DNA of 64,000 nt from a virus (taxonomy: Duplodnaviria; Caudoviricetes). The stretch spans positions 1,028 to 65,027 of IMG/VR virus record IMGVR_UViG_3300033183_000145; one strand, given 5' to 3'. Positions 38,249-46,305 of the stretch are shown here, piece after piece (position 1 is the first letter of the stretch; every line of letters begins with the position of its first letter). The notes below the pieces were generated by a model, which searched no databases, was not told the origin of the DNA, and worked only from the letters and a program-made list of their open reading frames with translations. The position numbers were made by a program, and so were the translations under genes.

Positions 38249-38329
38249 ATGAACAAACGATTGAACATCGCGTTCCTCGCATTCCTTGCGTGGATGGCCA
38301 CGCTTTTTGTGGTGGCTCTCCTCCACTAA
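38249..38329 (+). CDS. Small hydrophobic (membrane) peptide, 26 aa
   Basis: MNKRLNIAFLAFLAWMATLFVVALLH. Confidence 0.45.
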   Translation: MNKRLNIAFLAFLAWMATLFVVALLH

Positions 38330-38332
38330 ATA

Positions 38333-38406
38333 GAGAGGTGAGTATATTACTCTCTGAACGTAGTGAAGAGAGGTAATATACGAACCCTCTCAATGTCAAA
38401 CTTCAA
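38333..38406 (+). repeat. Early-region hairpin + TCAAACTTCAA element, copy 3
   Basis: gagaggtGAgtatattactct-ctGAacGTAgtGA-agagaggtaatatacGAaccctctc; motif at 38396-38406. Confidence 0.9.
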
Positions 38407-38418
38407 ATTTCCAATCCT

Positions 38419-38649
38419 ATGGACAACTTCTTCAAACGCCCCGTCGGTGCGGCGGTGCTCTACCTCAACGACTTCCACTTCGGCAAGCGACTCAATGACC
38501 TGAATCGGTGTGCTCGGCTTGTACCTGACGACGTGAAGGGCATGGCTTCCATCCTCTCGAACGTGCCACAAGCTGGCACCGCCACGGCAAAGCTTGCCAT
38601 CGACCAACTCGTTACATGGGCAGACGATGCCGAAAAAGCAGAGCAATGA
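38419..38649 (+). CDS. Early hypothetical protein
   Basis: 76 aa following element 3. Confidence 0.6.
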   Translation: MDNFFKRPVGAAVLYLNDFHFGKRLNDLNRCARLVPDDVKGMASILSNVPQAGTATAKLAIDQLVTWADDAEKAEQ

Positions 38650-38960
38650 AATTCACACACTCCTTCAAGACCACACTCCCCTTCGTGTCAATGCGGACAT
38701 CCTACGACGTAGACCTTGACGCCGCGAAGAACGTAGAGATGGACACCTCCATCGGGATTGACCCCAACCATCAGTATGGTGGGTGGTACGAAACCTACGA
38801 CCTCGAATCAGGAGGCGACCGCTTCTATGCAGGTGGTGTGCTCGAAGTGTACTGGGATGACAACGGAGAGGTACGCCTCACGGGGTACGATGGATGCTTC
38901 GAACTCCCTGAATATATCATCGAAGCCCTTGAAAAGAAGGGCGTAATCATTGACCTATGA
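38646..38960 (+). CDS. Early hypothetical protein
   Basis: Start MKFTHSF (ATGA overlap); LTGYDGCFELP motif. Confidence 0.6.
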   Translation: MKFTHSFKTTLPFVSMRTSYDVDLDAAKNVEMDTSIGIDPNHQYGGWYETYDLESGGDRFYAGGVLEVYWDDNGEVRLTGYDGCFELPEYIIEALEKKGVIIDL

Positions 38961-39154
38961 CACAAGACAAATGCGAACGTGCAGTCAAAGCACTGCAAGA
39001 ACAAGGCTTCTCTGCCTCCTATGTGCAGGGAGCACCTGACAACCACGGCGTATGGTTGGACAACGTATGGAATGACGCCCTTCAGGGAGCCTTTAGCTTC
39101 CGCATCCACGACGAAGAAATCGAATGGTGGCAAACCCAAAACAAACCAGTATGA
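38957..39154 (+). CDS. Early hypothetical protein
   Basis: 65 aa, ATGA-coupled. Confidence 0.6.
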   Translation: MTQDKCERAVKALQEQGFSASYVQGAPDNHGVWLDNVWNDALQGAFSFRIHDEEIEWWQTQNKPV

Positions 39155-39297
39155 CACAGGCAGAACGACTCGACAACCGCACGAAGAACTGCGGTAGCTT
39201 TGAACTTGCGCTCATCCGAGCGTGGTTCAAGGCCGACAACATCAACAAGAAGATTCTCGAAGCGGCCTTCAAGGACACCAACTTCGACCTAACATAG
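39151..39297 (+). CDS. Early hypothetical protein (48 aa)
   Basis: GSFELALIRAWFKADNINKKILEAAF; its stop abuts element 4. Confidence 0.55.
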   Translation: MTQAERLDNRTKNCGSFELALIRAWFKADNINKKILEAAFKDTNFDLT

Positions 39298-39378
39298 AGA
39301 GTGTTAGTATATATCTCTCTCTGAACGTAGTGAAGAGAGATATATACAACACCTCTCAATAACAAATTCAAACTTCAA
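39297..39378 (+). repeat. Early-region hairpin + TCAAACTTCAA element, copy 4
   Basis: gagagtgttagtatatatctctct-ctGAacGTAgtGA-agagagatatatacaacacctctc; motif at 39368-39378. Confidence 0.9.
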
Positions 39379-39388
39379 TTTAATTACG

Positions 39389-39649
39389 ATGGACAACATC
39401 AAGCAAATGACAAATGCGGAGTTCCTCACTCACCTGACGGAGGGCTACTCCAAGTACGGGGCACTCGTACAAATGGTGGTCATTGACTGCCTCGCCAAAG
39501 GACTCGACCAATACATCGAGCACAAGGAGGAAATCCTTGCAGACTACAAGGCTAACTGCGAAGCGGGCAAGTTCTCCTTCGTGAATATGGAGGCATGGGT
39601 AGCATGCTGTGAAGAAACCAAACAACGATTCAACGACAAGTACTCATGA
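39389..39649 (+). CDS. Early hypothetical protein
   Basis: 86 aa following element 4. Confidence 0.6.
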   Translation: MDNIKQMTNAEFLTHLTEGYSKYGALVQMVVIDCLAKGLDQYIEHKEEILADYKANCEAGKFSFVNMEAWVACCEETKQRFNDKYS

Positions 39650-39804
39650 AAATAACACTCGGACACAATCAAGTAGCCGTACTCGACTACTCCACACGAG
39701 AGGTGGACATCATCACCATCGCTAACCTCGACGACGTTGAGGATTTGGAATCAACACTATACGAACTTGGGTACAACCCATCTGAAATCTCATACATGGC
39801 ATGA
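39646..39804 (+). CDS. Early hypothetical protein (52 aa)
   Basis: Manual ORF MKITLGHNQVAVLDYST..., ATGA-coupled at both ends. Confidence 0.55.
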   Translation: MKITLGHNQVAVLDYSTREVDIITIANLDDVEDLESTLYELGYNPSEISYMA

Positions 39805-39954
39805 ACAACATCATCGAAGTAATTGTCGAGCTGTCCCGCATGCAGGGACAGGCAATCGACCGAGCACAGGCAGAGGCTCTCAACACTGCCATCGAAGCTG
39901 GCTACGACAAGTGGCAAGCAAGCAAGACATTTAATCTCAACAAAAGCAACGACA

Positions 39955-40389
39955 ATGGCTGATACACAAGTGAAAGACCAACCATGGGGTAGCTACTGGG
40001 ACAACGAAGGCAAGTACCAAGAGCAATACACAAAGGCATGGGAGAAACTTATCCCCTTCGAGGGTGAGGCAGAGGACGGGTGGCCCGAAGCCCTCCGTGC
40101 TATCTCCCGCATCGGCTACGACTACTACAACAACGGGTTCTGCAACCTGTGGAGGGAGTGGGATGATGGCGACAAAACTATGGATTCGTACTACAAGGGC
40201 ATGGTAGACTACCTGCGAGACCACGTACCGTCTGACCTGTACCGCGAGTTCAGGGGTTGGCTACCCACCATCAGATACGATAGCATCTCATGGGGTACGA
40301 ATGGTGACGACATCATCGACCGCATCATCAATCACATTATGGAAGGCATCATCGAAGATAGCCTTCTCGAAGAGGAATTGGTTGATTGA
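39955..40389 (+). CDS. Early hypothetical protein
   Basis: Start MADTQVK; YWDNEGKYQ...LIP..G...LRA..RI.YDYYNNG motif. Confidence 0.65.
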   Translation: MADTQVKDQPWGSYWDNEGKYQEQYTKAWEKLIPFEGEAEDGWPEALRAISRIGYDYYNNGFCNLWREWDDGDKTMDSYYKGMVDYLRDHVPSDLYREFRGWLPTIRYDSISWGTNGDDIIDRIINHIMEGIIEDSLLEEELVD

Positions 40390-40401
40390 AGTTTGACCAT
40401 C

Positions 40402-40448
40402 GAGGAGGCATGAGTGACTGAAACGTCAGTCCGCCTCCTCACTTTTTT
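40402..40448 (+). terminator. Terminator-like hairpin
   Basis: GAGGAGGC...GCCTCCTC followed by acTTTTTT. Confidence 0.55.
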
Positions 40449-40450
40449 CA

Positions 40451-40534
40451 AGGGAGCGCAGTCGGTGCGTACGTCCACGAATACCATGACCACTCAGGTC
40501 GGACGTCAGTTGTGTTCGATTCCCAACCTCCCTT
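40451..40534 (+). ncRNA. tRNA-like RNA with aberrant anticodon arm
   Basis: AGGGAG/CTCCCT acceptor, CGCA/TGCG D-like stem, ACGTCC/GGACGT stem with a 24-nt insert, GTTGTG-TTCGATT-CCCAAC T-arm. Confidence 0.6.
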
Positions 40535-40540
40535 CTATTT

Positions 40541-40623
40541 AGTATCTCTTACTATACACTCTCTTCATTTATGAAGAGTGTATAGTTAGAGAGACTTATA
40601 CGACTTCAAATTTCAAACTTCAA
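40541..40623 (+). repeat. Early-region hairpin + TCAAACTTCAA element, copy 5
   Basis: agtatctcttactatacactctcttcat-tt-atgaagagtgtatagttagagagact; motif at 40613-40623. Confidence 0.8.
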
Positions 40624-40632
40624 TTCAATACC

Positions 40633-41256
40633 ATGAAACAATATGCAGTAATCCACGCTGTCGCAGGACTCTTCGAAGGGTACTCCGACACCACTTGCGA
40701 GTTCTTCCCCAAGCGGAGTTTCGCAGACAAGCACATCAAGCAAATCCTCAGCGGCTACCGCAAGGATGAGATGTGCGTAGACATCGACGAATCAGACCCG
40801 ATGAACGTCATCGTCACCATGACCCGTCAGTACGAGGACTACCACGCTTGCGTCCCGTCTGACATGGACCATGACGATTGGGTGGCAGAGAGCGGCGACG
40901 ATTGCAGCGTCGAGGTGTTCCGCATCATCGAGGTTGACTTATCTGACCGCCCTGACTCCACCGAGTCATGCTGGCTCACGTGGGACCAAATCGAAACATG
41001 CCCTGCATGGGATTACTACCCTTTGTGTATGTCCTTGGTGGCTCGTGTTACATCCGATGTCCTTGACACAACCACCGACGGACAACCCACACAATCCTTG
41101 CACAACATGGCGCAACTCGGTGACTTCATCTCCTCGGTGTACTACGGCAACCACGCATTCATCGACCTCGATGACTACTCGATGCACGCTTTCCGCATCC
41201 CCAAACCCAACTTGGAATCACAATCTGTGATGTCAAGACGTCAGCCTACATCCTGA
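40633..41256 (+). CDS. Acidic early hypothetical protein
   Basis: 207 aa following element 5. Confidence 0.65.
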   Translation: MKQYAVIHAVAGLFEGYSDTTCEFFPKRSFADKHIKQILSGYRKDEMCVDIDESDPMNVIVTMTRQYEDYHACVPSDMDHDDWVAESGDDCSVEVFRIIEVDLSDRPDSTESCWLTWDQIETCPAWDYYPLCMSLVARVTSDVLDTTTDGQPTQSLHNMAQLGDFISSVYYGNHAFIDLDDYSMHAFRIPKPNLESQSVMSRRQPTS

Positions 41257-41354
41257 CAACCGTCCGTAAGACGTCAGGATTTACGCTGAACATACATGAC
41301 GGAATATCGCATCATTAACCCCTGATTTGAGCTATAAAGTAGGAAATATACATC

Positions 41355-41564
41355 ATGAAAAACACAATCAACTTCACCGACCTCGAAAAGCAAAAGCTTA
41401 TCGAACGTATCAGCCACGTGCTGAACTACACAGGGGCGTACACCGAGTTGCATAAGCTACTCGTTGACCGCGAAGAGGTGCTCCTACACACTGACATGGA
41501 GAACCTTGCCGATGAACTCGAAGAATTTATTTTCAACTGGACAAAAATCGAAGACGATGAATAA
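41355..41564 (+). CDS. Hypothetical protein
   Basis: 69-aa ORF, codon usage like neighbours. Confidence 0.55.
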   Translation: MKNTINFTDLEKQKLIERISHVLNYTGAYTELHKLLVDREEVLLHTDMENLADELEEFIFNWTKIEDDE

Positions 41565-41707
41565 AACAACACAAATCGCCCTATCCTTCATGGCCATCAT
41601 GCGGGACTACCAAGAGCGTCAGGAAGACGACCCAAACTTTGACCCACGTACACGGCTCTACGACCTGTACGACGAACTAGTATTTATCTACGAAAAAGCA
41701 AAAGACA

Positions 41708-41947
41708 ATGACGAGTAAAGACATCCAAGACTACATCGAGGTTGACCTCGGCTTCGCTATGCGTCACGACCCCGAGATGCTCCTCGAAGCAACACAGGAA
41801 ACCGCATCCACCTTTGAGCTTGACGAGTGGGGAGTCCTTCGGCTTGTGCTTGCCAACGAACCAATGACTGGTACACATAGCTATGGATTCCACACCCGCT
41901 ACGGCAGAGCAATCATTGACCACTTCTCATTTATCTACGGCTCATGA
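41708..41947 (+). CDS. Hypothetical protein
   Basis: 79-aa ORF in a coupled run. Confidence 0.55.
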   Translation: MTSKDIQDYIEVDLGFAMRHDPEMLLEATQETASTFELDEWGVLRLVLANEPMTGTHSYGFHTRYGRAIIDHFSFIYGS

Positions 41948-42132
41948 TGCGAGTACACGACCTCCTCAGTGCTAACCCGTACGACGGGGACTACCGCATC
42001 CGAGTAGAGCACATCGAACGTGAAGCCCCTGAAACTACACGACAACTCAAGAAACATTTACAAACTTCACCTCAACTCAAGAGCGTAGTCATTGACTGCG
42101 TCAATTCAATCTTCAAAGCAACATTACAATGA
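41944..42132 (+). CDS. Hypothetical protein
   Basis: 62 aa, ATGA overlaps. Confidence 0.5.
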   Translation: MMRVHDLLSANPYDGDYRIRVEHIEREAPETTRQLKKHLQTSPQLKSVVIDCVNSIFKATLQ

Positions 42133-42872
42133 ACTCATTCCAAGAATCCAAGAACGAACTCGAAGCGGCTATCCGCTACGCAGAGAACGCTATCTCATCT
42201 GCACAGGGGACTATCGAATCGATGGAGTTCCGCCAAGAGATGGCGAAGAAAAACTACCAAGAACAGACAGGTCGTGAGAAAGCTCTCCAAGCTCAGGTCG
42301 GTGAACTCAAGTCCGAGTGCGCCGTTCTTGCGGAGCGTATTGATGAGATGAAGGACGCCGCGTTTGCCGATGCCAACACCATCAAGCACCTCAAGGAGGC
42401 AAACATGAGCCTCGTGTGCGACAACGACGACCTCAAGGATGAGCGCACCATGTTAGAGAAGAACGTCAAGTACCTGCGTGACGAGAACGAACGACTGAAG
42501 CGTGAGAAGGAAGCATCAAGCGGACCATGCGGATGCCAAGCATACCGCGACCTCGAAGAGAAGGTTGCTACTATGCCCGTCATCCCTCGTGACGTAGCCA
42601 TCGCCATCTTCCGTGAGGGTACGTTGTTTGGGGTAGAGGCCGCTTGCGATGAGATTCAGGGGGAGACCATCAACATCAGCGAGAGCGACTACGTCGGTGA
42701 CTTCTCCATCTCATTCGAGCGTGACATCGACCTCGACGGCTTCATCGACTTCGACTGGGTGCGTAGCAAGATTGGTGACTACGACGAAGACAACGTCACT
42801 GCCAACCTCAAAGGGCTGTGTGCCAAGAGCAACTTCGAGTGTCGTATCCACGGAATCGACGACAATGACTAA
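42129..42872 (+). CDS. Coiled-coil protein
   Basis: 247 aa; heptad-rich N-terminal half. Confidence 0.65.
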   Translation: MNSFQESKNELEAAIRYAENAISSAQGTIESMEFRQEMAKKNYQEQTGREKALQAQVGELKSECAVLAERIDEMKDAAFADANTIKHLKEANMSLVCDNDDLKDERTMLEKNVKYLRDENERLKREKEASSGPCGCQAYRDLEEKVATMPVIPRDVAIAIFREGTLFGVEAACDEIQGETINISESDYVGDFSISFERDIDLDGFIDFDWVRSKIGDYDEDNVTANLKGLCAKSNFECRIHGIDDND

Positions 42873-43281
42873 TCAAGTGAACGTAAAGCCTGAGGTAATC
42901 ATCCGCAGGTTACACTTCACACAAGGCAAGACTCCCGAGGAGATTGCTCAGATGTGGAGATTCGAATTGAAATATGTAGAACAAATCATTAACACAGAAA
43001 AATTTAAAACCATGAAGAAGACAAAGATGTCTGCCAAGACGCGCAACAAGCGCATCGTACAACTCCGAAAGGAAGGACTTACTCAAGAGGCTATTGCCGA
43101 CAATGTAGGATGTAGCACAAGCACGGTCCAACGTGTGCTCGGTAGCCGACCACGTCAGCAACAGGTTACCAAGCCAGTAGCCAAGAAGGTTGTCAAGCCC
43201 AAGGCTTCACCGAAGACTGGCTTCGTCACCGAGTACAGCATTCTGTGGGGTGCGTTCAAGTTCGTCAAGACTAGCGCGTGA
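42865..43281 (+). CDS. Helix-turn-helix DNA-binding protein (two HTH-like segments)
   Basis: GKTPEEIAQMW...YVEQII and EGLTQEAIADNVGCSTSTVQRVL. Confidence 0.65.
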   Translation: MTNQVNVKPEVIIRRLHFTQGKTPEEIAQMWRFELKYVEQIINTEKFKTMKKTKMSAKTRNKRIVQLRKEGLTQEAIADNVGCSTSTVQRVLGSRPRQQQVTKPVAKKVVKPKASPKTGFVTEYSILWGAFKFVKTSA

Positions 43282-43469
43282 CGGACGAATACATGGATGA
43301 GCTCATGCGCCGCATCGACAACAAGATGCAGGCGTATGAACTCTACCGCAGACCACAAGACAAGATGATGTTGGAGTGTATGCTCCAAGACTACGAAGCA
43401 AAACAGAAACTCAAACTTCAAGATGAAGCAAAAGAAGAAACGATTTCAGGTACGATTCCACCTTGGTAA
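43278..43469 (+). CDS. Hypothetical protein
   Basis: 63 aa, GTGA overlap. Confidence 0.45.
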   Translation: MTDEYMDELMRRIDNKMQAYELYRRPQDKMMLECMLQDYEAKQKLKLQDEAKEETISGTIPPW

Positions 43470-43884
43470 GGGTGAGAACTACATGTGTTGGCAAGTGAAG
43501 GACTTCGGTGTCAACCGAGCCGCCAACAACGGCAAGGCTAGTATCGACTACTACGCCCCATCAAACGTAGCCCTTGAGCTAACCAACTGCACCCTGCGTA
43601 ACTCTCCAGCTACGGCCATGAAGATTTACAACGGCCAAGCCAAGACAGTATGTGCGTGGGTAGAGTGCGACATGATCGACGTACACTACAAGAAGTCCCC
43701 TGACTTTGAGCGTCCACCCATCAAGAACATGGACAAGTACAAGTACAACCCACGCAAGCACATGCACTGGTTCACCAAGCGTCTACGTAACGCAGACAAC
43801 AAAGAGCTGAAGAAAATGTACACTAATAACAGAGCCATTTATGGACAAGTTTCAAAGATTCCTTCGCAACATAGCGAAGGGTGA
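43423..43884 (+). CDS. Hypothetical protein
   Basis: 153 aa; VRFHLGKGENYM.WQVK...KTVCAWVEC; preceded by TCAAACTTCAA at 43411-43421. Confidence 0.6.
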   Translation: MKQKKKRFQVRFHLGKGENYMCWQVKDFGVNRAANNGKASIDYYAPSNVALELTNCTLRNSPATAMKIYNGQAKTVCAWVECDMIDVHYKKSPDFERPPIKNMDKYKYNPRKHMHWFTKRLRNADNKELKKMYTNNRAIYGQVSKIPSQHSEG

Positions 43885-43943
43885 GAACAAGAGCGCACGC
43901 GCACGACGACGTCTAATGGAGCGGGAACTGAACAAACTAAATA

Positions 43944-44324
43944 ATGACAGAACAACAAGTGATGGAGTGGATGGAGGACTACCTCGACGGGACTAAGGTC
44001 GAGCTAACTGCCCTCGGTATGATTAAGGCAGACATTGCAGAACATGGGTTTGAGAACTGGCTTCACATGCCAGCCATACCTATCGTCGAGTGGTATCTAG
44101 AAACAACCAACGAAGTAGCAACACAACTAGTACACGACTACAAGACTATGCTCGACCAAGAAAAAGAACTCGACGAGCTAGGCATCAAGCAATCCATGAA
44201 GCTCGACCCCGTGCAGAGCATGGACGCATTCAAGGGTGGTGTGCTCGAAGTGTTTGAATCCTTGCTACTCTATCTAACCGTACAAGAAATGGCATCAGCA
44301 TACTATGGAGAACACACACATTAA
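43944..44324 (+). CDS. Hypothetical protein
   Basis: 126-aa ORF. Confidence 0.6.
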   Translation: MTEQQVMEWMEDYLDGTKVELTALGMIKADIAEHGFENWLHMPAIPIVEWYLETTNEVATQLVHDYKTMLDQEKELDELGIKQSMKLDPVQSMDAFKGGVLEVFESLLLYLTVQEMASAYYGEHTH

Positions 44325-44745
44325 GCAGATGATGCTCGAAGCACGCCGCGAATACGAGCATCGGTTGGGATATGACATCGACGAAGACTCCCGACTACAA
44401 CACTACGTGCAGGACAGAACTGCACTAGCTAACGCATGGAGGCCTTATACTTCTTACCGAGAGATTGGTGAGGTTTTCGGCAAGGACCATAGCACAATCG
44501 TGCACTACTGCAAGGAGCACGAGCCTATGCTCAACACATACGCTAGCTATATGTCCAAGTTCGACGATGCCGTCGAGGTGACGCAACGTGTAGCCCATCG
44601 ACTAGCCGTACATCCTAAGATGAAGTACGGGAAGTCACGTAACCTACATGATGAGCTAATGGTTATCAGAAACACAATCAAGAACTTACGTCAATTCGAA
44701 AAAAAAATCGAGCTAATGCTTGCATCTAATGGGACGTCTACGTAA
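44305..44745 (+). CDS. DnaA domain IV-like HTH protein
   Basis: SYREIGEVFGKDHSTIVH matches the DnaA C-terminal signature (S...IG..F..RDHTTV.H). Confidence 0.7.
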   Translation: MENTHIKQMMLEARREYEHRLGYDIDEDSRLQHYVQDRTALANAWRPYTSYREIGEVFGKDHSTIVHYCKEHEPMLNTYASYMSKFDDAVEVTQRVAHRLAVHPKMKYGKSRNLHDELMVIRNTIKNLRQFEKKIELMLASNGTST

Positions 44746-44926
44746 ATTTGCCCAGTTGTTGAAAGTCATTTGGGTCGAAGACATCCAGCATTGGGTGTGG
44801 TGGCATACCATCGGCAAGTGGCGAGTACGCAAGCACATTAAAGAAGGCAGGTGCCTTAAGTGTGGCAGGTTAATAGATTCGGATAATTGTCATTGTGACC
44901 ACATTTTAATTTAATTCACTATCATC

Positions 44927-45481
44927 ATGTCGAACTACAAGTTCAAGACCACGAACATCCGTGGTAAGCAGTACGTTGAAGTCAACGAACGCATTAAGTT
45001 CTTCCGTCAGGAGGAGCAGTACAAAGAATGGACTATTGCAACCGAGTTCCCTGTACTTGAGGAGGACGCTTGTGTATGTAAATGCACAATCGCTAACTCT
45101 CAGGGACGAGTAGTAGCCAATGGCCATGCCCATGAAGAGAAGGGCGCATCTAACATTAACAAGACAAGCTATGTCGAAAACTGTGAAACATCAGCAGTCG
45201 GTCGAGCCTTGGCCATGCTCGGAATCGGAATTGATACCTCTATCGCCTCTGCCAACGAGGTTGAAGACGCCATCTCCAAGCAACAAGAGATGGTCGACAA
45301 TCCTCTTGTACAGAAGCTTTCGAAGAAGCTCGACGCGCCAGTAGAGAACATCATGGACAAGGCTGTGTCTTACATCAAGACGCAGACAGACAAGAAGAAA
45401 GCCTTCGAGTCTATCACCAAGAAGTATGGTGACCAGCTCACCGAGAAGCAGGTAGCTGGACTCAAGAAGTTTGTGCGATGA
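44927..45481 (+). CDS. Single-strand annealing recombinase (Rad52/Sak-like)
   Basis: GKQYVEVNERI...GHAHE....NINKTSYVENCETSAVGRALA. Confidence 0.7.
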   Translation: MSNYKFKTTNIRGKQYVEVNERIKFFRQEEQYKEWTIATEFPVLEEDACVCKCTIANSQGRVVANGHAHEEKGASNINKTSYVENCETSAVGRALAMLGIGIDTSIASANEVEDAISKQQEMVDNPLVQKLSKKLDAPVENIMDKAVSYIKTQTDKKKAFESITKKYGDQLTEKQVAGLKKFVR

Positions 45482-46242
45482 GCATGCGCGACAGGTTGCA
45501 GGAGAGTGTGGGCAAGCCCCACCTCTCTTACTCCTCTCTCAAGTACGCCCTTGGAGACATGCGTCTCTGGGAGATGTACATGCGGGGCCAACTGAAGAAA
45601 GAGTCTGAAGCTCTCACCTTCGGAACCCTGTACGATATGCTCTTATTCGAACCAGAGAAAGCACATGACACATATTTTGTATTGGACGATAGCGACATTG
45701 TCGGTAGTATCGGTGGCAAGTACCCTCGCAGCACTAAGCGTTACAAGGAGTGGAAAGCCGAGCAAATCGAAAATCAAACCGACAAGGAACTGGCTAGCCA
45801 AGAGGATTGGAAGAAAGCGCACGAGATGATCCAGCGCCTGAAGGATTGTGGGTTGTACGACTTACGATTCGCAGGAGGAAAGTTTCAAGTCGAGTTCAAC
45901 GTAGACCTCGATGGTGTCCCCCTCAAGGGATTCCTTGACTGTCTTCAAGATGGATTCATTGTGGACTCCAAGTCTGCTCGGTCTATCGAGAAGTTTAGGT
46001 ATGACGTCAATAGCTGGAGCTATGACATCCAGGCCTATGTATACACGAAGGTATTTGATATACCTGATTTCTATTGGGTGGTACAGGAGAAGGCTTACCC
46101 CTTTTACCCTGCGGATGTGAAGTGTTCAGAGGAAACTCTGTTCCGAGGCGAGATGAAATTCCACCAAGCCCTTGAAAACATCCAAGCCTACCTAAATGGA
46201 GACAAGAAAACAGAAAAGCACTACGCTGAATTTGTGGTGTAA
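45478..46242 (+). CDS. PD-(D/E)XK exonuclease (RecE/DUF3799-like)
   Basis: LSYSSLK, FGT..D..L.EP, KGFLD, IVDSKS, YDIQAYVY; adjacent to the SSAP gene. Confidence 0.8.
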   Translation: MSMRDRLQESVGKPHLSYSSLKYALGDMRLWEMYMRGQLKKESEALTFGTLYDMLLFEPEKAHDTYFVLDDSDIVGSIGGKYPRSTKRYKEWKAEQIENQTDKELASQEDWKKAHEMIQRLKDCGLYDLRFAGGKFQVEFNVDLDGVPLKGFLDCLQDGFIVDSKSARSIEKFRYDVNSWSYDIQAYVYTKVFDIPDFYWVVQEKAYPFYPADVKCSEETLFRGEMKFHQALENIQAYLNGDKKTEKHYAEFVV

Positions 46243-46305
46243 AATCTTACTTTACGGAACTCTGTTCCTTATTTTTGACAACCTTTTTTACAATTTAATT
46301 CTATC

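Noticed and set aside
37323-39357. Hairpins as ordinary intrinsic terminators
   Set aside because: Stems are long and AT-rich, most lack an immediate U-tract, and the tip sequence is conserved.
36402-40623. CRISPR or TIGR-like guide array
   Set aside because: Repeats are ~1 kb apart with genes between them, not short spacers, and no Cas or Nop-domain gene was recognised.
36402-40623. Classical integron with attC cassettes
   Set aside because: No tyrosine recombinase in the window and no RYYYAAC/GTTRRRY cores flanking the hairpins; kept only as an analogy.
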